Of a stretch of DNA of 64,000 bases, positions 51,898-60,224 are shown piece after piece (the stretch's first letter is position 1; each line of letters begins with the position of its first letter). Origin of the DNA: Escherichia phage tuntematon; the sequence record NC_052660.1; one strand, given 5' to 3'. The notes under the pieces were generated by a model that had not been told where the DNA came from, ran no database searches, and saw nothing but the letters and a program-made list of their open reading frames with translations. The translations under genes were made by a program, and so were the position numbers.

Positions 51898-53676
51898 GTG
51901 TCGCACATTATAACTAAATATGGATTTGATGTTGATCTTAGCAAGGAAGGGCATACAGGTTGTCCGCGCTGCATGAAAAATGGCAAGGATCGCTCTCGTA
52001 ATAACCTGATGGTTTATGGATTAGATTCTAATGGAGAGCATAAAGGTGCTAAGTGCTTTGCGTGTGAATACACTATTCCTAGCGTAGAATGGTTACGAGA
52101 AAATGGTGAAGTTTTAGAAGAAGAGGAGGAGATTGTGGGTTCGGAATTTAATAAACAGATTCATCGTAAAATTGTTCAAGAAACATCAACCAACCCACGT
52201 GGTTATCGAGGCATTAAAGAAAAAGTTTCATCTTTCTATGGTGTTCGTTATGAATACCGTCAGGAAGGGGATCAGATGGTAGTAGAAAGTTGTTTATATC
52301 CAACTACTATCGGTAAAGAGTTGGTTGGTTTTAAGCGTCGTATTCATCCTAAAGATTTCAGTAAACCTATTGGTCAAGTAGGTAAAGATGTAGATCTTTT
52401 TGGACAAATTCGTTTTGCAGACCGTTCTCATACTGTGGTAATTACAGGTGGTGAACACGATGCTCTGGCAGCTTATCAAATGCTGTCTGAAAACTTGGAC
52501 AACAAATATGAACTTCCAGCAGTAGTTAGTGGCACAACTGGTGAAACCAGTATGTATAAACAAGTTCAGGCACAATATCCTTTCTTTGAAAAATTTAAGA
52601 AGATTATTGTTTGCATGGATAATGACAAAGCTGGTAATGAGGCATTTGAAAATATTGTTAAGGTGCTGCCTCGTAACAAAGTCTACCGTATGCAGATGGA
52701 TCTTAAGGATGCCAATCAGTATCTGGAAGAAGGTCGTGCAAAAGATTTCGTAAAAGCTTTTTGGAGTGCTCGTCTATACACCCCAGCAGGTGTTTATGCT
52801 TCTAATGTCTTGTATGAAGCTGCATTAGAATGCTTGGAATCCAAGATGATTACCTTGCCTCCTTTTATGCGTGTTGCTGCAAATATGCTGGGTGGTGGTT
52901 TAGTAGAGGAAGAGATTACAGTTATCCTGGCAAAGACCAGTATCGGTAAAACTTTGATGGTGAACGAGATCACCAAACATATTATTGTTGCGCACCCAGA
53001 ACATACCCTAGGTATTCTGTCCTTGGAAGCAACTTATAAGAAATATTCTCGTAACCTGTTGTCCTCGTTCCTGCATATTCCTCTACACAGGAAAACACCG
53101 GAAGAGAAATTTCAAATCTTGGAAGAGAATAAAGAAAAAATCCTAGATTTTTACGAAAGAGAAGATGGATCACCACGTTTTTATGTGTGTGATGATCGTG
53201 GAGCAGATGTGGAGTCTATCAAAGAAAAAGTTTTGGAGATGATCATCTATTTTGGAGTAACAATTCTTGTTATCGACCCTTATTCTGATTTGCTTTCTGG
53301 TATGGATGTTCAAGCCCAGGAAGAGTTAGCAACATGGTTGAAGCGCATCATGAAAGAGTATGCTATAACCATTATCGTCATCTCACACGTTAAGAAGTCG
53401 GCTAATGGTGGCAATGAACACTTAACAGAGGACGATGCAATGGGTAGTAGTTTCTTGGCTAAAGGTGCTGGTATTACCTTGGCTTTGGAACGAGATAAAG
53501 CCGCTGAAGACCCTGTAGAACGCAATACGACTCATTGCTTTATCCTAAAAAACCGTGAGTTCTCGGAAACTGGTCCGGCAGGGCAGTTTTACTATGACAT
53601 TAGAACTGCAACTCTGCATGACAAAGAGCAGTATTTCAACAATCCTGCTAATTTGCCTACGGATAGCAACTATTAA
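51898..53676 (+). CDS. T7 gp4-type DNA primase-helicase
   Basis: Zn ribbon CPRC...CFAC, TOPRIM block VVITGGEHDALA...CMDNDKAGNEAF...DLKDANQY (compare T7 gp4), Walker A KTSIGKT; GTG start. Confidence 0.85.
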   Translation: MSHIITKYGFDVDLSKEGHTGCPRCMKNGKDRSRNNLMVYGLDSNGEHKGAKCFACEYTIPSVEWLRENGEVLEEEEEIVGSEFNKQIHRKIVQETSTNPRGYRGIKEKVSSFYGVRYEYRQEGDQMVVESCLYPTTIGKELVGFKRRIHPKDFSKPIGQVGKDVDLFGQIRFADRSHTVVITGGEHDALAAYQMLSENLDNKYELPAVVSGTTGETSMYKQVQAQYPFFEKFKKIIVCMDNDKAGNEAFENIVKVLPRNKVYRMQMDLKDANQYLEEGRAKDFVKAFWSARLYTPAGVYASNVLYEAALECLESKMITLPPFMRVAANMLGGGLVEEEITVILAKTSIGKTLMVNEITKHIIVAHPEHTLGILSLEATYKKYSRNLLSSFLHIPLHRKTPEEKFQILEENKEKILDFYEREDGSPRFYVCDDRGADVESIKEKVLEMIIYFGVTILVIDPYSDLLSGMDVQAQEELATWLKRIMKEYAITIIVISHVKKSANGGNEHLTEDDAMGSSFLAKGAGITLALERDKAAEDPVERNTTHCFILKNREFSETGPAGQFYYDIRTATLHDKEQYFNNPANLPTDSNY

Positions 53677-53695
53677 GGGCTTCGGCCCTTTTATT
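53676..53695 (+). terminator. rho-independent terminator
   Basis: gggc-ttcg-gccc then TTTTATT. Confidence 0.75.
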
Positions 53696-53705
53696 AAAAA
53701 TACCT

Positions 53706-53734
53706 GTTGACAACTTTACGGAAGGGACTTATAC
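53706..53734 (+). promoter_or_regulatory. sigma70-like promoter
   Basis: TTGACA 53706-53711, 17-nt spacer, TATACT 53729-53734. Confidence 0.6.
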
Positions 53735-53768
53735 TTGTCTCATCAACCAAACAAGAGGAGAAGTAAAA

Positions 53769-54200
53769 ATGCGTATGACAATCGATCTGAATGCAAAAGT
53801 TAAAGCTGCTGGTGCTCTGGGTGCTGGTGTTATTAAACACAAACAAGCGTTGGCATTTGCCATCCCACATATGATTGTTGAGGATCATCCTGAAGAGTTT
53901 GCTGTAAAAGTTGTTGAGAACAATGTCTCTGTTATTGAACATCTTCCAACTGGACGTTCTTACCGTGTTGTTTCTTCTAAAGGTTTCCGTTTCGATGTAA
54001 GCCCTTCTTTCACAAAAGGTGCTGGTCGTAGTAAAGTGGGTATTCTTTCTTACAAATATTATATCGATAAAGTTGCAGATGGTGTCGCATTCTGTCGTGT
54101 AAGTGAAGGTAAAGTAGATATCATCTTTAAAAATACCAAAAACATGGTTATTTCTGACGATGGTAAAGTTGACCTCACTATTGAGTTCGCTAACAACTAA
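53769..54200 (+). CDS. hypothetical protein
   Basis: ORF-track ORF; RBS AAGAGGAG. Confidence 0.55.
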   Translation: MRMTIDLNAKVKAAGALGAGVIKHKQALAFAIPHMIVEDHPEEFAVKVVENNVSVIEHLPTGRSYRVVSSKGFRFDVSPSFTKGAGRSKVGILSYKYYIDKVADGVAFCRVSEGKVDIIFKNTKNMVISDDGKVDLTIEFANN

Positions 54201-54209
54201 GGAGGACTA

Positions 54210-55004
54210 TTGAGCAAGTTGAATACACTTGATCAATATTACACTAACCCCGCTTATGCGGGGTTCTTATGTGATAAGATCAAAGAAATTTTTGGAGAGG
54301 AAGCTAACTACGTAGAACCATCTGCGGGAGAAGGAGCTTTCTCTTTTTGTTTTAAAAACATAACTTCTTTTGATATTGACCCTAAGTTTGAAGATTGTAT
54401 TGAGGCAGATTTTTTAGCTCAATCTGTTGAGTCTGTTGGCAGTGTAACTGCTTTTGTCGGTAATCCTCCGTTTGGAAAAAATGCCAGTCTTGCCATTAAG
54501 TTCTTTAACCATTGTGCTGAAATGTTGGATAACGAAGGTGGTATTTGTTTTATCTTGCCTCGCACATTTCAAAAAATCTTTTTTGCACACAAACTAAATC
54601 CCCACATGCATCTTCTTTACGAAGAAGAATGTCCAAAAGGATCTTTTATTCTTCATGGAGAACCTTGGGATGTTCCTTGTGTATTCCAGATATGGATTAA
54701 ACGCAACGAGAAGCGTTCTCCCGTTGTTTTAGGAGAGAATCGACTGTTCGTATTAGGTAACAGTAAAGACTACGATATAGCCGTTAGGAGAGCGGGAGCA
54801 AGTGCAGGTAAAGTGTTATCAGAAGAAGATTCTTTATCTGAAGCATCTACCTACTTTTTAAAAGCCTTGACTTCTGATCTTAAAACACGTATCATTGAGG
54901 CTTACCCGTTACTTAAAGCTGAAGCTAGTAAAACTGCGGGAGTAAGAAGTTTAAGTTTAAAAGAACTTCAGTGGGTTCTGGAGAACATTAGAAAGGAGGA
55001 ATAG
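54210..55004 (+). CDS. N6-adenine DNA methyltransferase (orphan)
   Basis: QYYTNP motif, SAM-binding EPSAGEGAF, catalytic GNPPFGK; TTG start behind GGAGGA. Confidence 0.7.
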   Translation: MSKLNTLDQYYTNPAYAGFLCDKIKEIFGEEANYVEPSAGEGAFSFCFKNITSFDIDPKFEDCIEADFLAQSVESVGSVTAFVGNPPFGKNASLAIKFFNHCAEMLDNEGGICFILPRTFQKIFFAHKLNPHMHLLYEEECPKGSFILHGEPWDVPCVFQIWIKRNEKRSPVVLGENRLFVLGNSKDYDIAVRRAGASAGKVLSEEDSLSEASTYFLKALTSDLKTRIIEAYPLLKAEASKTAGVRSLSLKELQWVLENIRKEE

Positions 55005-57601
55005 TGAGTAAGTTTACATGGGATATTGAAGCAAACGGATTGTTGAATAATGACACTATTGATTATTTAGCTAGTCCTTATCGTCTCAAAGACACATTTC
55101 AAATGCACTGTATTGTCTTAGAGAACCATGAAACAGGAGAAATAGTAGCTTTCCACGATGGCCCTAAATACATCTTTGATGGGCGTCCTTATGAAGAGTC
55201 AGATGGTAAATACACATATGTTCTTAAAGAGTATGTGGCGCAAGATTACACACATTTTCAACTAAAAGATTTCCCAGATTTTATTAATCATGAAGGTTAT
55301 TTTAAAGACAAGCCTGAATATCTGGTTGAAATGGCTGTGGCTCACAACGGTATCAACTACGACTGGTTGGCTACAAAACTGTTTTATGGATTAGATTACA
55401 GTGTTAAATATAATACGTGGGGCAAAAATAAGGTAAAACTTATTGACTCCTTGATTTTGAGTAAAGTGTTAAACCCAGATCGAAAGATTGAGGGCAAATC
55501 AGGACATAGCTTGGCAGCACTTTCTCGAAAAGCAGGTGGTGATGTAAAAATAGATTTCCGTAAAGAGATTCCAGAAGAAGATCGATTTAAGACTTTTGCT
55601 GCGGATATGCTTTATTACTGTATCTATGACAACAAAGCCAATACGAGCGTATATAATTACCTTATGGAAGAATGGGGTGATTATGATAAATGGGAAGGTC
55701 CATTTGAACTTGAACAACGTGTAGCAGACATTATTACACGTCAGGAACACCGTGGATTTGCTTTTAACATGAAACAAGCAGAAGAGAACCTTGCTTTTTT
55801 GGATGCAGAAATGGAGCGTCTTCGTTTACTCGTTGAGCCTATTTTGCCACCTAAACCAGCAACAAAAGGTTATCTTAAGGCTTTTATTCCACCTAAGTTG
55901 CAAATTAAAAAGAACTTAGAGCCAACTAACCATATGATCAATTTTGCTAAGAAACATGATGGTCATTTGGAAGAGAGGGATGGCGATTGGTGGTTAGTTA
56001 TGTTGGGGAAAGAGTGGAAACTGCCAGTTGCAGCAGATGAACCTCTATGTGATCCTAACATTCCTGCAACATTGAACGATACAACCCATATTAAAAACTG
56101 GCTTGTAGGATTAGGTTGGGTACCATCTGAATATAAAGATAAAGACTTGACTCTTAAATCTGGCACCAAGATTAAAAAGAGCGAGGAAGAACTTCAGAAA
56201 GGTATTCGAGCTTACGTTGAGCAAACTCTATCTTCTAATTTTTGTCAGGATCGTTGTGATCATCTGGAGTGCACACCGGAAACCCTGGAAAGGAAGATTC
56301 AAGAGCGTATAGCAAAAGGTAAAGGTCGCGGTCTTAAAGTATTGACTAACCCATGTTTTACCAAAGGTCAGGAAAAAGAAATTTGTCCTAACCTGCAAGC
56401 TTTGGGTGAGAAGTTTCCTTATGCTACACAGATTGTAGAATACTTAACGTATAAGCATCGTAGGAACTCTATTTTAGGTGGCGGTGCTGATTGGGAAGAA
56501 GATGAAGAAGATCAAGAATACGATAAAGGTTTCTTAGCCGCAGTAAGGGCGGATGGGCGTATTCCTACCCCAGCCGCTACATGTGATGCTGCAACCTCTC
56601 GTATGAAGCATAGATCTGTAGCTAATATTCCTCGTGTCACATCTTTGTTTGGATGGGAGATGCGTAACTTGTTTGGTGTAGAGGTTCCTAAATACTTCCA
56701 GATCGGCTACGATTTCGACTCTTTGGAAGCAAAAATTGAATCACACTACTGTTGGCGGTACGAGCCGGAGCCACACGAATATTGTAACGCTCTGTTGTTA
56801 GAGAAACCTAACGATGTTCACACAATGATGGCAAAACGTATCACTGAAACTATTGGACGTAAATTTGAACGTAGTCCTGCTAAATCTGTTAAGTATGGTA
56901 TTACCTATGGTGCACAAGCCGACAAGGTTGCTAAAACAATTGGTAGCGATAAGTTTACAGGTCAATTGGTGTTTGATGCTTTCTGGGAAGCTGCATTCCC
57001 ATTGGCGCGTCTTAAAGAACGTTTAAACGATTTCTGGGTTAAGACTGGTAAACAATATGTTTTGGGTATTGACGGTCGTAAGGTTCCTACTCGTTCTGCT
57101 CACGCGATTCTTAACTCTCTATTCCAAAGCGGCGGGGTTATCTGTGCTAAACGTGCAATGGTTATTTATGACGACATGATCGAAGAAGAAGGGCTAAGTG
57201 TTGACTTCTTTAAAGATGACTGGAAGAATAAAGACTTCGTGCAACAAATGATCGCATATCACGATGAAGCCCAGCTTGAAGTTTCTCGTAACCTTGTAGA
57301 ATTTAAATGGTTTTCACCTGAATCATTAGGTTGGAAGAAAGTAGACGATCCTGAAGAACAAAAGAAAATTGATAAAGAATGCCTTGCTAAAGTTGAAGAA
57401 TGGAAGCATAATAAGGAAAAAGAGACGGGACAAATTTGGGCTAACATTCATGAATCTCCCAAAGGTGGATGGTTTACAGCCTATAGTCGGGCAGGTGAAC
57501 TTGCTGCTTTAGCTGTTACTAAGGCTGGAGAATTTTACAATCTTAATGTTCAGCTTACTGCCGGATATGATGTGGGTAACTCCTGGGCGTCCTGTCACTA
57601 G
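55004..57601 (+). CDS. family A DNA polymerase with 3'-5' exonuclease domain (T7 gp5-like)
   Basis: N-terminus FTWDIEANGLL...FHDGPKYIFDG parallels T7 gp5 IVSDIEANALL...FHNGHKYDVPA; 865 aa; GTG start overlapping MTase stop. Confidence 0.9.
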   Translation: MSKFTWDIEANGLLNNDTIDYLASPYRLKDTFQMHCIVLENHETGEIVAFHDGPKYIFDGRPYEESDGKYTYVLKEYVAQDYTHFQLKDFPDFINHEGYFKDKPEYLVEMAVAHNGINYDWLATKLFYGLDYSVKYNTWGKNKVKLIDSLILSKVLNPDRKIEGKSGHSLAALSRKAGGDVKIDFRKEIPEEDRFKTFAADMLYYCIYDNKANTSVYNYLMEEWGDYDKWEGPFELEQRVADIITRQEHRGFAFNMKQAEENLAFLDAEMERLRLLVEPILPPKPATKGYLKAFIPPKLQIKKNLEPTNHMINFAKKHDGHLEERDGDWWLVMLGKEWKLPVAADEPLCDPNIPATLNDTTHIKNWLVGLGWVPSEYKDKDLTLKSGTKIKKSEEELQKGIRAYVEQTLSSNFCQDRCDHLECTPETLERKIQERIAKGKGRGLKVLTNPCFTKGQEKEICPNLQALGEKFPYATQIVEYLTYKHRRNSILGGGADWEEDEEDQEYDKGFLAAVRADGRIPTPAATCDAATSRMKHRSVANIPRVTSLFGWEMRNLFGVEVPKYFQIGYDFDSLEAKIESHYCWRYEPEPHEYCNALLLEKPNDVHTMMAKRITETIGRKFERSPAKSVKYGITYGAQADKVAKTIGSDKFTGQLVFDAFWEAAFPLARLKERLNDFWVKTGKQYVLGIDGRKVPTRSAHAILNSLFQSGGVICAKRAMVIYDDMIEEEGLSVDFFKDDWKNKDFVQQMIAYHDEAQLEVSRNLVEFKWFSPESLGWKKVDDPEEQKKIDKECLAKVEEWKHNKEKETGQIWANIHESPKGGWFTAYSRAGELAALAVTKAGEFYNLNVQLTAGYDVGNSWASCH

Positions 57602-57618
57602 TTAACTCATTGTTTTAT

Positions 57619-57640
57619 AAGGGGCTTCTGCCCCTTTATA
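57619..57640 (+). terminator. rho-independent terminator
   Basis: aaggggc-ttct-gcccctt then TATA. Confidence 0.7.
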
Positions 57641-57649
57641 GGAGGAGAT

Positions 57650-57841
57650 ATGCATTACGATTTAGATTGTCTTGGTATGCCTTACCTACCAGATGAATTT
57701 GAAGGTGAAGAAGAACGTGAATGGGACGATGGGGATATCCGTTGTTGGTCTTGTGGTAAAGATATGTCTTATGAACAACATATGCACAATGATGGTTTCT
57801 GCATACATTGTTATAATGAAATTGATCTGGAGGAAGATTAA
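57650..57841 (+). CDS. small zinc-ribbon protein
   Basis: CWSCG...CIHCYN; RBS GGAGGAG. Confidence 0.5.
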   Translation: MHYDLDCLGMPYLPDEFEGEEEREWDDGDIRCWSCGKDMSYEQHMHNDGFCIHCYNEIDLEED

Positions 57842-58008
57842 TGGGAAATGGTATCATGATTTGCTATAAAATTGTGCGTATTGTCGGAGACGAAGTTACC
57901 ACTCGGTATTTTATGATAGAGTCTCAAGCCGATGAGGTTTACAATGACTGGCTTGAAAAAGGTGGATACGATTTTGTATCTAAAGAAACTTTCCGTTTAG
58001 AGGTATAA
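57841..58008 (+). CDS. candidate 55-aa protein
   Basis: Hand-translated MGNGIMICYKIVRIVGDEVTTRYFMIESQADEVYNDWLEKGGYDFVSKETFRLEV; TAATG overlap; not in ORF track. Confidence 0.4.
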   Translation: MGNGIMICYKIVRIVGDEVTTRYFMIESQADEVYNDWLEKGGYDFVSKETFRLEV

Positions 58009-58018
58009 GGAGAAAACA

Positions 58019-58237
58019 ATGCGTAAACTAGTGAGCTTTAATGTTTCAATTCTTATTGATGAACAAAATGAAGATGTTATTAAAGGTCTTGCAAATAAGA
58101 TTGCAGGTGGAATGACGGAAGCTGAAGTGTGGGAAGAATGTGCTCGACTTTATGAGGAAGGTGTTATTGAGGTCTTGGGGGATGAGATTAATATGGACGA
58201 TGTTGTAAAAGTAACTGTGGAGCGTATCAATGACTAA
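58019..58237 (+). CDS. hypothetical protein
   Basis: ORF-track ORF; RBS TAAGGAG. Confidence 0.5.
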   Translation: MRKLVSFNVSILIDEQNEDVIKGLANKIAGGMTEAEVWEECARLYEEGVIEVLGDEINMDDVVKVTVERIND

Positions 58238-58823
58238 ATCAAAACAAATCAATATTGCCAAAGAAATTCTTACCGTATTAAAGATCGCTGATCCTAATTC
58301 TGTCTTGGCTGGCGGTGCTGTTCGTGATTGGCGTATTCTTGATATTGCTGGACGTGATCTGGATTTCTATACATCCCTTCCTGCACATCGGACTGAAGAA
58401 CAAATACAAGGATTAATTGCATCTGCTTTAATGGGAACCAATATTCGTAAACTAGGAAACAAAGAGGCTTCTGACAATTATGAAGGTGTTACTGGTCTTA
58501 AACACGTTTTTGAGTTTGAACGTGATGGTCAGCTTTGCAACCTTATGATTATGGAACCAAGCGTAATGACAACCTTTCTAAATGAGTTCGATCTGTCCAT
58601 CTGCCAGGCTGCATTTGATGGGAAGGACTGTTATTATTCTAAAGATTTTGAAACAACCTTGGAAACAGGGATCTGCTTCTTGCACAAAGATGTTAGAGAA
58701 GATGCCAAACACGTTATTAAAATTGCTACACGTTTCCCATATCTTCGTTTTGTGAAAGAGGTTAAGGTTCCACGTCCACCTCAAGTAGATACCAGATTGG
58801 AAGAAGATGATATTCCTTGGTAA
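58230..58823 (+). CDS. Pol-beta-superfamily nucleotidyltransferase (CCA-adding-enzyme head-like) with SSB-like acidic tail
   Basis: AGGAVRDWRILDIAGRDLDFY matches GGxVRD...DxD nucleotidyltransferase motif; C-terminus EEDDIPW. Confidence 0.55.
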   Translation: MTKSKQINIAKEILTVLKIADPNSVLAGGAVRDWRILDIAGRDLDFYTSLPAHRTEEQIQGLIASALMGTNIRKLGNKEASDNYEGVTGLKHVFEFERDGQLCNLMIMEPSVMTTFLNEFDLSICQAAFDGKDCYYSKDFETTLETGICFLHKDVREDAKHVIKIATRFPYLRFVKEVKVPRPPQVDTRLEEDDIPW

Positions 58824-58830
58824 TTAAAGC

Positions 58831-58860
58831 TTGACAATATTAAACATTTTATGATAGGAT
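58831..58860 (+). promoter_or_regulatory. sigma70-like promoter
   Basis: TTGACA 58831-58836, 18-nt spacer, TAGGAT 58855-58860. Confidence 0.5.
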
Positions 58861-58868
58861 AGCATTCA

Positions 58869-59261
58869 ATGACTGAACGTTCTAAGATAGCTGTTGAAAC
58901 TGTTTATGGAAACTATACCAGTTTGACACTAGTTGAGAAAAATGTTGTAGGTCTTGACAACTCTTTTTATTTTCAAATTTTGGTTATTCAAGGTGGAAAC
59001 AAGAAGCTAACTGCTCGTGTTGAAACATCTGAAATAATTGAAACCACTGTTACAAACAAAGAATTCATTTCACTGCAAGATACAATCCGAAACGTTATAG
59101 ACGAAGAAGGCAAAGCTGCCACAATTAAACTCGGAGGTTTCCCAGTGCAAATAGTTCATTTTCCTAATGGTGAAATTGGAGTTGGAATAGGTAAAGGTAA
59201 ATACCTGTTAGAGCAAGATGATATGGAAAGACTCCGCTCTTTCTGTGCAAAATTAATGTAA
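58869..59261 (+). CDS. hypothetical protein
   Basis: ORF-track ORF. Confidence 0.55.
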   Translation: MTERSKIAVETVYGNYTSLTLVEKNVVGLDNSFYFQILVIQGGNKKLTARVETSEIIETTVTNKEFISLQDTIRNVIDEEGKAATIKLGGFPVQIVHFPNGEIGVGIGKGKYLLEQDDMERLRSFCAKLM

Positions 59262-59277
59262 TGTAGAGGAGATAATA

Positions 59278-60165
59278 ATGTCCGTAATTAATACTGAAAC
59301 TGATCGTAAAGGCAAAACTGTAACTTATGCAACTGGTATCGTAGACTACGTTAAACTGGATAAATTCGCTGAACCTAAAACTTTTCATTGGGAAGGAAAA
59401 ACGATTGTTTCAACTCACCGAGCTTCTCTTGTTCTGAAAGAGAAAGGTGCTAAACCAGATGAGAAAGGTGTTTGGATTTCTCTTGGTGACATTGAACTGA
59501 AAGAAGGTTATGAAAACCTACAAGTCAAAGAAGGTGATAACTGGATCACTATTGAAAAAGGTGTAGAAGTAAGTATTGATATTGATCGCGTTGATAATAA
59601 AGGCGGTAAAACTTACTACAATACTAAAAAATCTCGTATTACAGTATTGTCTACCGATGGTGTTCAGAAGTCTAACAAATCTTCTGGCAATAAGGGGTCC
59701 AACGATGCGGCTCCTAAACAATCCTATAAAAAACGTGATACTGTAGGTCTGGAAACTGGTCACGCAGTAAATGGTGCACTGGAACTGATTCGTAATGGTG
59801 TTAAAGGTGATGCTTTCGATATCGCTGGGGTTGTTCAATCTGCAACTGTCACACTGAAATCGGAAATTGCTGAATCTCGTGGCGTTGATATTAATGATTA
59901 TGATCTTGGGGCATCTGTTGGTCACGCTATCCTCAATGCTTGTAAAGACCATACCATTAAGACTGTATCTGTAGAAGATCTGATTGATTCTGCTCGTAAA
60001 GTTCTGGCTCTGTCTGATAAAGTTGCTGCTGCCATTCGTGGTTCCGCAGAACAACCTAAGAAAGAAGAGAAGAAAGAAGTTAAGAAACCTGAACCACAAC
60101 CAGAACCAACTCCAAGTAATCAAGAAGAACCTCCAATGGACTTCGACGATGATATTCCATTCTGA
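59278..60165 (+). CDS. ssb: single-stranded DNA-binding protein
   Basis: C-terminus MDFDDDIPF is identical to the E. coli SSB C-terminal tip as I recall it; acidic/Pro-rich linker; next to replication genes. Confidence 0.6.
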   Translation: MSVINTETDRKGKTVTYATGIVDYVKLDKFAEPKTFHWEGKTIVSTHRASLVLKEKGAKPDEKGVWISLGDIELKEGYENLQVKEGDNWITIEKGVEVSIDIDRVDNKGGKTYYNTKKSRITVLSTDGVQKSNKSSGNKGSNDAAPKQSYKKRDTVGLETGHAVNGALELIRNGVKGDAFDIAGVVQSATVTLKSEIAESRGVDINDYDLGASVGHAILNACKDHTIKTVSVEDLIDSARKVLALSDKVAAAIRGSAEQPKKEEKKEVKKPEPQPEPTPSNQEEPPMDFDDDIPF

Positions 60166-60193
60166 TCTTATTGATTTATAAAGAGTTTTTATA

Positions 60194-60224
60194 AAAGAAA
60201 GGAGCCATTTGGCTCCTTTTCTTA
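60194..60224. terminator. bidirectional rho-independent terminator between convergent genes
   Basis: ggagcc-attt-ggctcc flanked by A-run (left) and T-run (right). Confidence 0.75.

Noticed and set aside
59518-60123. 201-aa minus-strand ORF antisense to the SSB gene
   Set aside because: Shadow ORF of the Gly/Lys-rich SSB coding sequence; the + strand gene has the conserved DDDIPF tail.
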